Below are positions 9,108 through 18,875 of a DNA stretch of 53,297 nt, one piece after another. The stretch is from Nocardioides sp. (GTDB lineage Bacteria; Actinomycetota; Actinomycetes; Propionibacteriales; Nocardioidaceae): positions 1 to 53,297 of the forward strand of contig DATBBE010000136.1 of assembly GCA_036271155.1 (NCBI GenBank), written 5' to 3'. The translations under genes and the position numbers were made by a program. Within the stretch, counting starts at the first letter, position 1. Every line of letters starts with the position of its first letter. The notes beneath the pieces were generated by a model. That model ran no database searches. It was not told the DNA's origin and saw nothing but the letters and a program-made list of their open reading frames with translations.

Positions 9108-9890
9108 TCAGATGTCGAAGCCGTCGAAGAGGTTGCCCACGCCGTCTCCGATGCCACTGGCCAGATCGCCGATGCCGCCGAGCACGTCGCCCATGCCCTC
9201 GCCCATCCCGGCGGCCAGGCCCCCGAGCCCGTCACCGAGGCCGTTGAACATGAAGCCCATGAAGATCCAGTCGAGCGGCCCGAAGCCACCGAAGTAGCCG
9301 GCCGCGTAGGGCTGGTAGGCGCGCCCGCCCTGCCAGTAGGGCACGCGCTGGGTGCCGACCATCACCTGACGCGAGTCGGGCTCGGCGCCCGCACGCACCC
9401 GCTCCGCGTCGAGCGCGCACGCCGGGACCTGCCGCTCGGCACCGCCGACCGGGGCGAACGGGACGTCCGCGACTGACAGCCCGTGCCGAGGGTCGAAGAA
9501 GCAGGCCGGGCGCCGCTGCGGGAGCGGCTCGCCGGCCACCCGGGCTCGCACGCAGGCAGTGGCGTAGCGACCGTCGTCGAGGATCTTGGTGACGTCCTGG
9601 ACCTGCGCGGGGCGCTCGATCCGGTCGGCCGCCGTCTTGGCGGCCTCGTAGGCGTCCAGCGCGCGCTGGTAGTCGGCGTTCGCGCCCTGGTCCAGCTGCC
9701 GCCCGGCCAGCTCGAGATCGAGGTCCTGGAGCTCCACCCCGAGGGCGGTGACATCCTCGAAGGTCATCTTCTTCACCGGCTCGAGCTCGGCGGCGGCACG
9801 CTGCGCGGCGAGCCGCTTGCCGCGCCGGCGTACGACGACGAAGGCCGCCACGGCCAACACCACGAGGACCAGGAGCACGACTCCACCCAT
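9108..9890 (-). CDS. Membrane-anchored conserved hypothetical protein
   Basis: N-terminal TM helix, helical middle, CFFDPRHG motif, Gly-rich tail. Confidence 0.75.
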   Translation of the reverse strand: MGGVVLLVLVVLAVAAFVVVRRRGKRLAAQRAAAELEPVKKMTFEDVTALGVELQDLDLELAGRQLDQGANADYQRALDAYEAAKTAADRIERPAQVQDVTKILDDGRYATACVRARVAGEPLPQRRPACFFDPRHGLSVADVPFAPVGGAERQVPACALDAERVRAGAEPDSRQVMVGTQRVPYWQGGRAYQPYAAGYFGGFGPLDWIFMGFMFNGLGDGLGGLAAGMGEGMGDVLGGIGDLASGIGDGVGNLFDGFDI

Positions 9891-9910
9891 GGCCAGAGCC
9901 TACGTGGTGC

Positions 9911-10864
9911 TCAGCCCTCGCCCGCCGCCCGAAGAGCGCGGCCGCCCATCTCGGCGAGGGCGGTCCGGAGCTCTGCGGGCTCCTGCACCTCGAACTCCCA
10001 GCCCAGCAGGGAGAGGTGGAACGCGAGGCCGTACAGCGTCTCCGCGCCTGCTTCGAGCAAGGTCGTGTCGTCGTCGATCGCGGTGAGCACGACCGACCGC
10101 ACGCTGGTGCGCTCTGCCAGCTCGCGCAGCGGTGCATGGACGACGACGCGTGCCTGGAACCGGTACGCCGCGCTGGCCACGGCTCGCTGGACGTACGCCG
10201 CGGGGTCTTCGTGCTCCCGCTCCCGGAATCGCCACGTCGTCGGCGCCACGGCGCGCATCCGGTCGAGCCGGAAGGTGCGCCAGTCGTCGCGGTCGACGTC
10301 GTAGGCCATGAGGTACCACCGGCGGCCCGTCGCGACCAACCCGACCGGCTCCACGGTGCGTGCGCTCGGCGTCTTGTCGCGTGACTCGTAGTCGAACCGC
10401 ACCCGCACCGTGTCGCGGACCGCCCGGGCGAGCCGGAGCAGCGCCTCTCCGTCCACCGTGGCCTGACCGGAGTCGAGGGTCTGGGTCGCCTCGTGGATCG
10501 CGCGCACCTCGCCACGCAGCCGCGGAGGCATGACCTGGTCGAGCTTGGCGAGCGTGCGCAACGCCGCCTCGCTCGCGCCGGAGACCGTGCCTCCGGCGGC
10601 CATCCGCAGCGACACCGCGACGGCGACGGCCTCGGCGTCGTCGAGGAGCAGGGGCGGCAGTCCGCGCCCGCGGCCGAGCTGGTAGCCCCCGCCGATCCCC
10701 TGCGTCGCGTGCACCGGGTAGCCCAGGCGGCGCAGCCGCTCGACGTCGCGCCGGATGCTGCGGGTGGTCACGTCCAGCCGATCGGCGAGCTCCGGCCCGG
10801 TCCAGACCGCACGCTGCTGGAGCAGCCCCAGCAGGCGCAGCACGCGCTCGGTGGTCTCGGCCAT
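9911..10864 (-). CDS. HTH-WYL transcriptional regulator (YafY/PafB-like)
   Basis: ELADRLDVTTRSIRRDVERLRRLGYPV wHTH; RRWYLMAYD...WRTFRLDRM WYL domain. Confidence 0.92.
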   Translation of the reverse strand: MAETTERVLRLLGLLQQRAVWTGPELADRLDVTTRSIRRDVERLRRLGYPVHATQGIGGGYQLGRGRGLPPLLLDDAEAVAVAVSLRMAAGGTVSGASEAALRTLAKLDQVMPPRLRGEVRAIHEATQTLDSGQATVDGEALLRLARAVRDTVRVRFDYESRDKTPSARTVEPVGLVATGRRWYLMAYDVDRDDWRTFRLDRMRAVAPTTWRFREREHEDPAAYVQRAVASAAYRFQARVVVHAPLRELAERTSVRSVVLTAIDDDTTLLEAGAETLYGLAFHLSLLGWEFEVQEPAELRTALAEMGGRALRAAGEG

Positions 10865-10883
10865 GGCACGAGTCTGCCAGTGA

Positions 10884-10906
10884 TAGCGGACCGAACCTGT
10901 CCTGTT
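10884..10906. promoter_or_regulatory. Putative WYL-regulator operator
   Basis: GGAC-cgaacct-GTCC dyad (10888-10902) in the divergent intergenic region. Confidence 0.5.
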
Positions 10907-10955
10907 TCCACGAGAGACTGTGAGCAGTCGCCACCCACCACCGAAGGGAACCCTC

Positions 10956-11558
10956 ATGGCTCTCCACGTCCCGCCCGTCACCGACGAGACCGACGCCATC
11001 GCCGCCTTTCTCGGCCAGGCCCAGGACGCGTTCCGCGTCCTCCTCCACGGTCTGACCTCCGCCCAGGCCTCGATCGCGCCGAGTGCCTCGAGCCTGTCGG
11101 TCGGAGGGCTGGTCAAGCACGCGACGACGGTCCAGCGGGGCTGGCTCGCCAGCGCCGAGGCGGCGCCGCAGCCGGCGCCGGAGACCGAGCGCTCCGAGGG
11201 CGTCGAGGACTACCTGGAGGGCTTCACGTTCCGTGAGTCGGACTCCATCGAGGACCTCCTGGCGGCCTTCGACGAGGTGTCCGCAGCGGTGCTCGACGGC
11301 GTACACCGGATCGACCTCGACACCCCCGTCCCGGTGCCCGACGCGCCGTGGTTCCCCCAGGACGTCGAGTCGTGGAGCGTCCGGTGGGTGTGGTGGCACC
11401 TGATGGAGGAGCTCAGCAGGCATGCCGGGCACGGCGACATCGTCCGCGAGACCGTCGACGGCGCGACGATGTATCCCCTGGTCGCTGCCCGCGACGGCCT
11501 GCCCGACCTGCCGTTCCTCAAGGCCTGGAAGCCGGCCGCGGCTAGCGTGGCGCCGTGA
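10956..11558 (+). CDS. DinB/DUF664 family protein
   Basis: SLSVGGLVKH, VRWVWWHLMEELSRHAGHGDIVRE; AAGGGA RBS. Confidence 0.88.
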   Translation: MALHVPPVTDETDAIAAFLGQAQDAFRVLLHGLTSAQASIAPSASSLSVGGLVKHATTVQRGWLASAEAAPQPAPETERSEGVEDYLEGFTFRESDSIEDLLAAFDEVSAAVLDGVHRIDLDTPVPVPDAPWFPQDVESWSVRWVWWHLMEELSRHAGHGDIVRETVDGATMYPLVAARDGLPDLPFLKAWKPAAASVAP

Positions 11559-12160
11559 CCGAGAGCGACGAATGGGCCACGCGCGGGTGGAACGCCCGGC
11601 TGCGCGACCAGCTCGACTTCCACTACCGCCAGCAGGTCCGGCCACGGCTGCACGGACTGACCGACGACGAGTACTACTGGGAGCCGGTCCCTGGCTCGTG
11701 GAGCCTGCGCCGCCGAGGCGAGGAGACGACGGACGACGCGGCCGGCGGCGGGGAGCTGGTGCTCGACTACTCCTGGCCGGAGCCGACACCGGCCCCGGTG
11801 ACCACGATCGCGTGGCGGCTGGGCCACGTCATCCGCAGCTGCCTCGCCCAGCGCACCGCGAGCCACTTCGGCGGCCGTCCCGCCGAGCCCGAGACGTGGG
11901 TCTTCGCCACCACGGCCGGCGAGGCCCTCGACCAGCTGGACGCGGCGTACGACGCGTGGTCGGCGGGGGTGGAAGGCCTGGGCGAGGAAGGGCTCGATCG
12001 CCCGTGCGGACCAGCCGAGGGGCACTTCGCCGAGGCCCCGATGGCCGACCTCGTGCTGCACATCAACCGAGAGCTGATCCACCACGGGGCCGAGATCTGC
12101 CTGCTCCGCGACCTCTACCCCCACCGCACGACGTCCGGCACGACAGGAGAGTCCCGATGA
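11555..12160 (+). CDS. DinB family protein
   Basis: GLTDDEYYWEP, TTIAWRLGH, LHINRELIHHGAEI His triad. Confidence 0.88.
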   Translation: MTESDEWATRGWNARLRDQLDFHYRQQVRPRLHGLTDDEYYWEPVPGSWSLRRRGEETTDDAAGGGELVLDYSWPEPTPAPVTTIAWRLGHVIRSCLAQRTASHFGGRPAEPETWVFATTAGEALDQLDAAYDAWSAGVEGLGEEGLDRPCGPAEGHFAEAPMADLVLHINRELIHHGAEICLLRDLYPHRTTSGTTGESR

Positions 12161-12594
12161 GCCGCACCATCCAGATCACCTTCGACTGCTACGACCCAGC
12201 CGCCCTCTCCGCGTTCTGGAACGAGGCGCTCGGCTACCAGTTCGACGCTCCGCCGCCGGGCTTCGCGACCTGGGAGGAGGCGCTCGACCACTTCGGCGTA
12301 CCCGAGGAGGACCGCAACAACGTCTCGGCCTCGGTCGACCCCGAGGGTGTCGGGCCGCGCCTGTTCTTCCAGAAGGTGCCGGAGGACAAGGTGGCGAAGA
12401 ACCGGATTCACCTCGACGTCCGCTCCGCCCCCGGACTGCAAGGCGACGAGCGGATGGCCGCGCTGGAGTCGGAGTGCGCTCGGCTGGCCGCCCTCGGCGC
12501 GACCAGGGTCAGGCGCGCCGAACCCGAGCCGCCCATGAGCGCCGGGTTCATCGTGATGCAGGACCCCGGGGGCAACGAGTTCTGCCTGGACTGA
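12157..12594 (+). CDS. VOC family protein
   Basis: ITFDCYDP, LFFQKVPEDKVAKNRIHLDV, DPGGNEFC; ATGA overlap. Confidence 0.9.
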   Translation: MSRTIQITFDCYDPAALSAFWNEALGYQFDAPPPGFATWEEALDHFGVPEEDRNNVSASVDPEGVGPRLFFQKVPEDKVAKNRIHLDVRSAPGLQGDERMAALESECARLAALGATRVRRAEPEPPMSAGFIVMQDPGGNEFCLD

Positions 12595-12612
12595 CCGGAT
12601 GATGGCCGGACC

Positions 12613-12677
12613 GAGAAAACGCGGAGCAGTTCGCCGACACGCCCGGGTCACCGACCGGTTTGGTCCGCGTTTTCCGT
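12613..12677. repeat. 65-bp palindromic dispersed repeat, copy A
   Basis: GAAAACGCGGA...TCCGCGTTTTC arms; aligns without gaps to the reverse complement of 51605-51669. Confidence 0.72.
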
Positions 12678-12683
12678 CACTGG

Positions 12684-13289
12684 TCAGCCGGGGTCCGGGC
12701 CGATCTCACGGTGGACGGCGAGGTAGCGCTCGACCCGGCGGTCGGGGACCAGCCACATCAGGGCGACGACCACGAACGGGACCAGGCCCAGCCAGGGCTC
12801 CACGAACGCCAGGGCGATGCCCACGACGTAGATCACCGGGGAGAGCTTGCCCTTGAGGTCCCTCCCGACGACGTCGCGCAGTCGTGGCCCTGCGACCGGC
12901 AGGCGCATCATCCGCAGCTGGAGCACGTAGTAGGCGAGGGCGGCGCCGAGCAGGTTCACGCCGTACACCACGGTCGGCGTGCGGGCGACGTGGAAGTCGT
13001 CCAGCCAGGCCGTGGTGAAGGGGTACAGCGACAGCCAGAACAGCAGGTGCAGGTTGGCCCACAGCACCGACCCGTCGACGTAGTCGACGATCTGGAACAT
13101 GTGGTGGTGGTTGTTCCAGTAGATCCCGATGTAGACGAAGCTCAGCACGTAGGTCAGCAGGCCGTAGCGGCTGTCCTGCCAGAGATCGTGCAGATGAGGG
13201 CCCGTCGGCAGCTTCAGCTCCAGCACCATCACCGTGATGATGATCGCGAGCACGCCGTCACTGAAGGCTTCGAGCCGGCCGGTCGACAT
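12684..13289 (-). CDS. TMEM175 family protein (putative K+ channel)
   Basis: RLEAFSDGVLAIIITVMVLE and YWNNHHH signatures, about 6 TM helices. Confidence 0.9.
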   Translation of the reverse strand: MSTGRLEAFSDGVLAIIITVMVLELKLPTGPHLHDLWQDSRYGLLTYVLSFVYIGIYWNNHHHMFQIVDYVDGSVLWANLHLLFWLSLYPFTTAWLDDFHVARTPTVVYGVNLLGAALAYYVLQLRMMRLPVAGPRLRDVVGRDLKGKLSPVIYVVGIALAFVEPWLGLVPFVVVALMWLVPDRRVERYLAVHREIGPDPG

Positions 13290-13375
13290 GCGCCGATGCT
13301 AGGGCGTCAGCCCAGGACGTCATACGTTCTGTTGGCTATGGGCCACGATTCGTCTGACGTCCCCAGATGTCGCGA

Positions 13376-15199
13376 TCAGGCGGAGTAGTCGCGGAAGCCG
13401 CGCTTGGTCTTGCGCCCGAGGTAGCCGGCGGTCACCAGGTGCTCCAGGAGGGGCGCGGGGGCGAAGCCGGGCTCGCGGAACTCGAGGTACAGCTCGCGCT
13501 GGATCGCCAGCGACACGTCGTTGCCGACCACGTCGAGCAGCTCGAACGGCCCCATCGGCAGCGCGCAGCCCTGCTTCATGGCGATGTCGATGTCGTCGGC
13601 GGTGGCGTAGTGCGCCTCGAGCATCTTCACCGCGTCGTTGAGGTAGGGGAACAGCAGGGCGTTGACGATGAAGCCGGCTCGGTCGCCGCACGAGACCGCG
13701 ACCTTGTCCAGCGTCTCGCACAGCGCCAGCACGGTCTCGTGGACCTCGTCCGCGGTGGTGACGGTCGAGACCACCTCGACCAGCTGCATCACGGGGGCTG
13801 GGTTGAAGAAGTGCATGCCGACGACGTCCTGCGGCCGCTTCGTCGCCGTCGCCAGCGAGATCACCGGCAGGCTGCTCGTCGTGGTCGCCAGGATCGCGCC
13901 CGGCTTGCAGATCTCGTCGAGGTTCTCCATCAGCGTCGTCTTCACCGCGAGGTCCTCGGCGACCGCCTCGACCACCAGGTCGGCCTGCGAGAGGTCGTCG
14001 AGGCTGGTGGTGCCGACGAGCCGGGCCAGGACCTCGCCCTTCGCGCTCTCCTCGAGCTTCCCCCGCTGGATGGCCTTGTCCAGCGAGCGCTCGACGGCGC
14101 CGCGCACGCCGTCGACCTTGGCGGCGGAGCGGCCGACGTAGGTGACGGCGTACCCCGCCCGAGCGAAGACCTCGACGATGCCGGTCGCCATCGTGCCGGT
14201 GCCGACCACCCCGACGGTGTGCACGGCCCGCTTCAGCTGCGGGCGGTGCTCGGCGTCGGGTGACTGTGCGTCGGCGACGACGATCGGGCTGTCGGGGCCT
14301 TCGTAGGTGTAGAAGCCGCGGCCGGTCTTGCGGCCGAGGAAGCCGGCCGTCACCAGCTGCTTGAGGATCGGGACCGGTGCGTGTAGTCGGTCCCGGCCCT
14401 GCTTGTACATCGTGTCGAGGATCTCGTACGCCGTGTCAAGCCCGATCAGGTCGAGCAGCGCCAGCGGGCCCATCGGGTAGCCGCAGCCGTAGCGCATCGC
14501 GGCGTCGATGTCCTCGCGCGTCGCGAACCTCTGCTCGTACATCGAGGCCGCGTGGTTGAGGTAGCCGAACAGCAGCGTGTTGGCGATGAAGCCGGCTCGG
14601 TCACCGCAGATCACGGGGTTCTTGCCGAGCCGGGCCACGAGGGTCTTGACGTCCTCGAGCACCTCCGGCTCGGTGACGACCGTGCGCACGATCTCCACGA
14701 AGCTCTGCACCGGCGCCGGGTTGAAGAAGTGGACGCCGATCACGCGTCCGGGATGGAGGTTGGCGGTCGAGATCTCGGTGACGCTGAGGCTCGAGGTGTT
14801 CGTGGCCAGGATCGTGTCCGGCTTCACAATGCCCTCGAGCTCGCGGAAGATGGACTTCTTGATCTCGATCGACTCCACGACCGCCTCGACCACGAGGTCG
14901 GCGTCGGCGAGGTCGTGCATGCTGGTCGAGAAGGTCACCCGCCCGACCAGCTCGCGCTGGTCCTCCTCGCTGAGCTTGCCGCGCTTCACCGCTCGTCCCG
15001 TGGAGTGCTCGAGGTGCTGGCGGCCGCGCTCCAGGGCGTCCTCGCCGACCTCGACGCCGATCACCGAGAAGCCGTTGCGGGCGAAGACCTCGGCGATGCC
15101 GGCACCCATCGTGCCGAGACCGACCACGCCGATCGTGGTGAACTCCCGGCTGGTGCTCTGCGGGTCGGGCGCGGCGGCATCGGTGGGGCTGCTCGTCAT
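13376..15199 (-). CDS. 3-hydroxyacyl-CoA dehydrogenase with two tandem HBD units
   Basis: Duplicated GLGTMG/GTGTMA, NTSSL/TTSSL, HFFNPAPV and PMGP motifs. Confidence 0.9.
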   Translation of the reverse strand: MTSSPTDAAAPDPQSTSREFTTIGVVGLGTMGAGIAEVFARNGFSVIGVEVGEDALERGRQHLEHSTGRAVKRGKLSEEDQRELVGRVTFSTSMHDLADADLVVEAVVESIEIKKSIFRELEGIVKPDTILATNTSSLSVTEISTANLHPGRVIGVHFFNPAPVQSFVEIVRTVVTEPEVLEDVKTLVARLGKNPVICGDRAGFIANTLLFGYLNHAASMYEQRFATREDIDAAMRYGCGYPMGPLALLDLIGLDTAYEILDTMYKQGRDRLHAPVPILKQLVTAGFLGRKTGRGFYTYEGPDSPIVVADAQSPDAEHRPQLKRAVHTVGVVGTGTMATGIVEVFARAGYAVTYVGRSAAKVDGVRGAVERSLDKAIQRGKLEESAKGEVLARLVGTTSLDDLSQADLVVEAVAEDLAVKTTLMENLDEICKPGAILATTTSSLPVISLATATKRPQDVVGMHFFNPAPVMQLVEVVSTVTTADEVHETVLALCETLDKVAVSCGDRAGFIVNALLFPYLNDAVKMLEAHYATADDIDIAMKQGCALPMGPFELLDVVGNDVSLAIQRELYLEFREPGFAPAPLLEHLVTAGYLGRKTKRGFRDYSA

Positions 15200-15364
15200 G
15201 GGGCGCATCCTCCCACGCACGTGGCAGCGCTCACCGCGAGGTGGCTCACAGTCGCCGGCGGCCCCCTCCACCCCCCACCGTGGCCGGATCGATACCGATT
15301 CGTCTCCTGGTCGCGCCTCGCGAGCCCTACCCTCGGCCCAGGCTCGACCGGGACGGAGGCAGCC

Positions 15365-17011
15365 ATGCGTCGGTCGCCCTCGTACACCGCCGCACTCCTC
15401 GTGGCGACCCTCGGCCTGACCGGCTGCGGCGGTGGCCCCGACTCAGCTCCGAGAGCCCGGCCAGGTGCGCCGAACGTTCCGTGCCCGGCGAACAGCAGCT
15501 GCAACCAGGGCCTCCCCTTCGCCGACGGTCCTGCCACCGTCCCTGGAGCCACCAGCGGGGGCCACATCTCGGTGCTGACCCGGGACGCCATCCCCACGCT
15601 GGACCCTGCGGCTGCCTCCTCGCGGGCCATCTCGTCGATCCTGAGCGGGCTCGTGACCCGGTCGCTGACGCAGTACCGGTACGACCCGGCGAGCAGGCAG
15701 ATGACCCTGGTGCCCGACCTGTCCATCAATCTGGGGATCCACAACGACGACTTCACGCAGTGGCACTTCACGGTCCGTCGAGGCGTCCGCTTCGACGACG
15801 GCTCACGGGTCACCGCCCACGACGTGGCCCGAGGGATCCGCCGGTGCCTGCAGGCACGGGCGTTCCCGGCCGGCCCGTGTCGCGACGTGCCCATCCGCAC
15901 CGTGAAGGTGCACGGGGACCTTCTCCTGATCCACCTCAGCGCGCCGTACCCGGACTTGCCCTACCTGGCGGCCACGCCGGCCTTCGGGCCGGTCCCGCGG
16001 GGCATCGACGCCACCGATGACGCGTACGCGCGGCACCCCGCGGCGACAGGCCCCTACCGGATCCGGAGCTATCGCCCCGGGCATCGCCTCGTGCTGGTTC
16101 GCAACGCAGAGTGGGACGCCACGACCGACCCGGCTCGGACGCAGTACCCCGAGGGCTACGACATCCGCGGCGGCGTGTCCGACACCAGGATCGCGCAGAT
16201 CCTTCGCCACGACCGTGGGTCCGCACAGACCACGCTGACCTTCGACGACATGCGTTCCCGGGAGCTCTCGGAAAGGCCCAGAGAGAGACAGCTCGTGCTC
16301 GGAGGATCTCCGTGCACGACGTACCTCGTCCCGGACAACCGCACCATCACGAGCCCGGAGGTGCGCCGGGCCCTGATCTGGGCCTACCCCTACCGAGACG
16401 TCCTGCGTGCCGAAGGACTGACTCCTGGCCGGACCGCGGTCCCCGCGACCAACCTCCAGCCGCCCGGCATCCCGGGTCGCACGTCGATCTCGGGGCGCGG
16501 GCACGCCGGGTTCGCGACCGCGCCCGACGTCGCCCACCGTCTCCTGGAGCGCGCCCATGCACTGGCCACCCGGGTCCGGTTCCACTCGCCTGACGACCCT
16601 GCAGGCGTGCTGGTCCGCAAGGCTTTGGCGCGCAGCCTGCGCGCGTCCGGCTTCGACCCGCAACCTGTCGGCTCGGGCGCTCCCGTCGACCTGCGCACGA
16701 AGACCCACTGCGGGGCGTGGCCGAGCGGGGAGCAGTGGCTGCCTCCGGTCTACGGCTCGCAGCGCGTCCCGGGATTCTCCCCACCCTCCGTCGCGCGCGA
16801 GATACGTCGCATCGAGGCGCAGCCGATCAACCGGCAGGCGCAGGAGTGGAACGCCCTCGACCGCGGGATCCTGCAACGGTGGCAACCCATCGTCCCGGTC
16901 TGGTACGCCGGGGTCGCGATGGCGCACGGCTCCCGTATCCACGGCATGGCCGACGACAGCGTGCACGGCATGCCGACCTGGCAGCGGCTCTGGATCGGCA
17001 CCGGATCGTGA
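15365..17011 (+). CDS. ABC transporter family-5 (peptide) substrate-binding lipoprotein, copy 1
   Basis: GGAGG RBS, lipobox LTGC, TRSLTQYRYD, ATGPY, VRRAL; paralog of the next gene. Confidence 0.82.
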   Translation: MRRSPSYTAALLVATLGLTGCGGGPDSAPRARPGAPNVPCPANSSCNQGLPFADGPATVPGATSGGHISVLTRDAIPTLDPAAASSRAISSILSGLVTRSLTQYRYDPASRQMTLVPDLSINLGIHNDDFTQWHFTVRRGVRFDDGSRVTAHDVARGIRRCLQARAFPAGPCRDVPIRTVKVHGDLLLIHLSAPYPDLPYLAATPAFGPVPRGIDATDDAYARHPAATGPYRIRSYRPGHRLVLVRNAEWDATTDPARTQYPEGYDIRGGVSDTRIAQILRHDRGSAQTTLTFDDMRSRELSERPRERQLVLGGSPCTTYLVPDNRTITSPEVRRALIWAYPYRDVLRAEGLTPGRTAVPATNLQPPGIPGRTSISGRGHAGFATAPDVAHRLLERAHALATRVRFHSPDDPAGVLVRKALARSLRASGFDPQPVGSGAPVDLRTKTHCGAWPSGEQWLPPVYGSQRVPGFSPPSVAREIRRIEAQPINRQAQEWNALDRGILQRWQPIVPVWYAGVAMAHGSRIHGMADDSVHGMPTWQRLWIGTGS

Positions 17012-17092
17012 CCGCAGAGGGCTCCGATGGTGCCTAGGATCGAAGGTCTTCGCCCCGGAGTCTCGGACCGGGGCCGAGAGCAAGGACCTCGC

Positions 17093-18859
17093 ATGCGGCG
17101 CTCCCCTCTCCTGATCGTCCTGGCCTCCACCGCCCTGGCCATGAGCGCGTGCGGAGGAGGCGGCAGCTCGTCGCAGCCACCCCCGCAGGCCGACACGAAG
17201 AACGTCAACGACTCCCCCGGCCAGTTCGAAGGCGGGCCGCAGGGCCCGGTGACCATCCCCGGCGCCCGGAAGGGCGGGATCGTCACGGTTCTCACCCAGA
17301 CCGGCCTGACGACCTCGATCGACCCGGCGGACGCCTACTACCTCGACACCATCTCGATCGACAGCAACCTGATCACCCGCTCGCTGACCCAGTACCGGTA
17401 CGACCCGAAGACCGAGCAGATGGTGCTGGTCCCGGACCTGGCGACCGACCTCGGGCGCCACAACGACGACTACACGAAGTGGCAGTTCACCATCCGCAAG
17501 GGCGTGAAGTTCGAGGACGGGTCGAGGGTGACCGCGAAGAACATCGCCTGGGGCATCCAGCGGTGCATGGACACCGCGACGTTCCCCACCGGCCCCTGCC
17601 AGTACTACGCGAACGCCTACTTCCGCGGCGGGTCGTCGTACAAGGGCCCGTACACAGCGCCGCGCCAGAAGTTCGACGCCGTGTCGGTCAAGGGCGACAG
17701 ACTCACGATCACGCTGGACCACCCCTTCCCGGACATGGCGTACTGGGGCACGTTCCCGGCGATGGGGCCGGTGCCGCTCGGCAAGGCGTCCGACCCGGCC
17801 ACGTACAAGAATCACCCGCTCGCCACCGGGCCGTACATGGTCAAGAGCTACAGCCCGGCCAAGGAGCTGGTGCTGGAGCGCAACCCCTCTTGGGACCCCA
17901 AGACCGACCCGGGGCGCACGGCGTACCCCGACGGCTACGACTTCAAGACCCAGCAGCAGCCGGAGAAGACCGACCAGATCCTGCTGGCCGACACCGGCAG
18001 CGGGCAGACCACGCTGACCTACGACAACCTGCTGGCACCCGACTACCAGCAGCTCGTCGCGAAGGACCCCGACCGGCTGACCCTCGGCGGGGTGCCGTGC
18101 ACGTTCTACTGGGCGCCGGACAACCGCAAGATCACCGACCAGCGCGTCCGTGAGGCGCTCTCCTGGGCCTATCCCTACAAGGACGCGATCCTGGCCGGCG
18201 GGGACATCCCCGGAGTCACAGCGCTACCCGGGAACAACCTGATGCCGCCAGGCATCCCGGGTCGGAAGGCCTACGACGTCACCGGACGGGACGCGTTCGA
18301 GACCGACCCCGCCAGGGCGCACGCGCTGCTGGAGCAGGCCGGGGCGGTGGGGTACGACATCCGGTTCCTGTTCCGCGCCGACGACCCGTCGAGCGTGAAG
18401 GTCAAGGACGCCGTCGTGAAGGCGCTGACGACCGCCGGGTTCAAGGCCACTCCGGTGCCGACCACGATTGCCGACTACGTCGCCGACCGCGGGAAGACCA
18501 CCTCCGACCTGAACGTCCGCTCGGCGAGCTGGTGCTCCGACTGGCCGTCGGGCAGCACCTGGATCCCGACGGTGTACGCCGACACCAAGCCGGACCAGAC
18601 CGGGTCACTGGGCGGTGACTATGCGGCCTTCCACGAGCCGGCGGTCCAGTCCAAGGTCGCGGCCATCGACAAGCTGCCCCTCGACCAGCAGCCGGCGGCG
18701 TGGAACGCGCTGGACAGGCTGGTCATGCGGAGGTACTTCCCGCTGTTCCCGACCTACTACGGCGGCGAGGCGATGGCGCACGGCTCGCAGATCCAGGGGA
18801 TGGCCGACGACCCGACGACGGGCATGCCCACGTGGAAGCAGATCTGGGTCGACCAGTAG
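17093..18859 (+). CDS. ABC transporter family-5 substrate-binding lipoprotein, copy 2
   Basis: Lipobox MSAC, VPDLATDLG, GVKFEDG, ATGPY, ERNPSWD. Confidence 0.88.
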   Translation: MRRSPLLIVLASTALAMSACGGGGSSSQPPPQADTKNVNDSPGQFEGGPQGPVTIPGARKGGIVTVLTQTGLTTSIDPADAYYLDTISIDSNLITRSLTQYRYDPKTEQMVLVPDLATDLGRHNDDYTKWQFTIRKGVKFEDGSRVTAKNIAWGIQRCMDTATFPTGPCQYYANAYFRGGSSYKGPYTAPRQKFDAVSVKGDRLTITLDHPFPDMAYWGTFPAMGPVPLGKASDPATYKNHPLATGPYMVKSYSPAKELVLERNPSWDPKTDPGRTAYPDGYDFKTQQQPEKTDQILLADTGSGQTTLTYDNLLAPDYQQLVAKDPDRLTLGGVPCTFYWAPDNRKITDQRVREALSWAYPYKDAILAGGDIPGVTALPGNNLMPPGIPGRKAYDVTGRDAFETDPARAHALLEQAGAVGYDIRFLFRADDPSSVKVKDAVVKALTTAGFKATPVPTTIADYVADRGKTTSDLNVRSASWCSDWPSGSTWIPTVYADTKPDQTGSLGGDYAAFHEPAVQSKVAAIDKLPLDQQPAAWNALDRLVMRRYFPLFPTYYGGEAMAHGSQIQGMADDPTTGMPTWKQIWVDQ

Positions 18860-18875
18860 CCCCCACGTGATCGTG

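Noticed and set aside
9911-10864. WYL gene as marker of an anti-phage defence island
   Set aside because: Neighbours are DinB/VOC detoxification-type genes; no nuclease, helicase, RM or toxin genes nearby
14552-15364. Apparent long N-terminal extension of the first SBP (819-aa ORF)
   Set aside because: Overlaps the dehydrogenase antisense; RBS and lipoprotein signal place the start at 15365. The same reasoning trims ORFs 7548-8780, 23145-24452, 45094-46080 and 11422-12594
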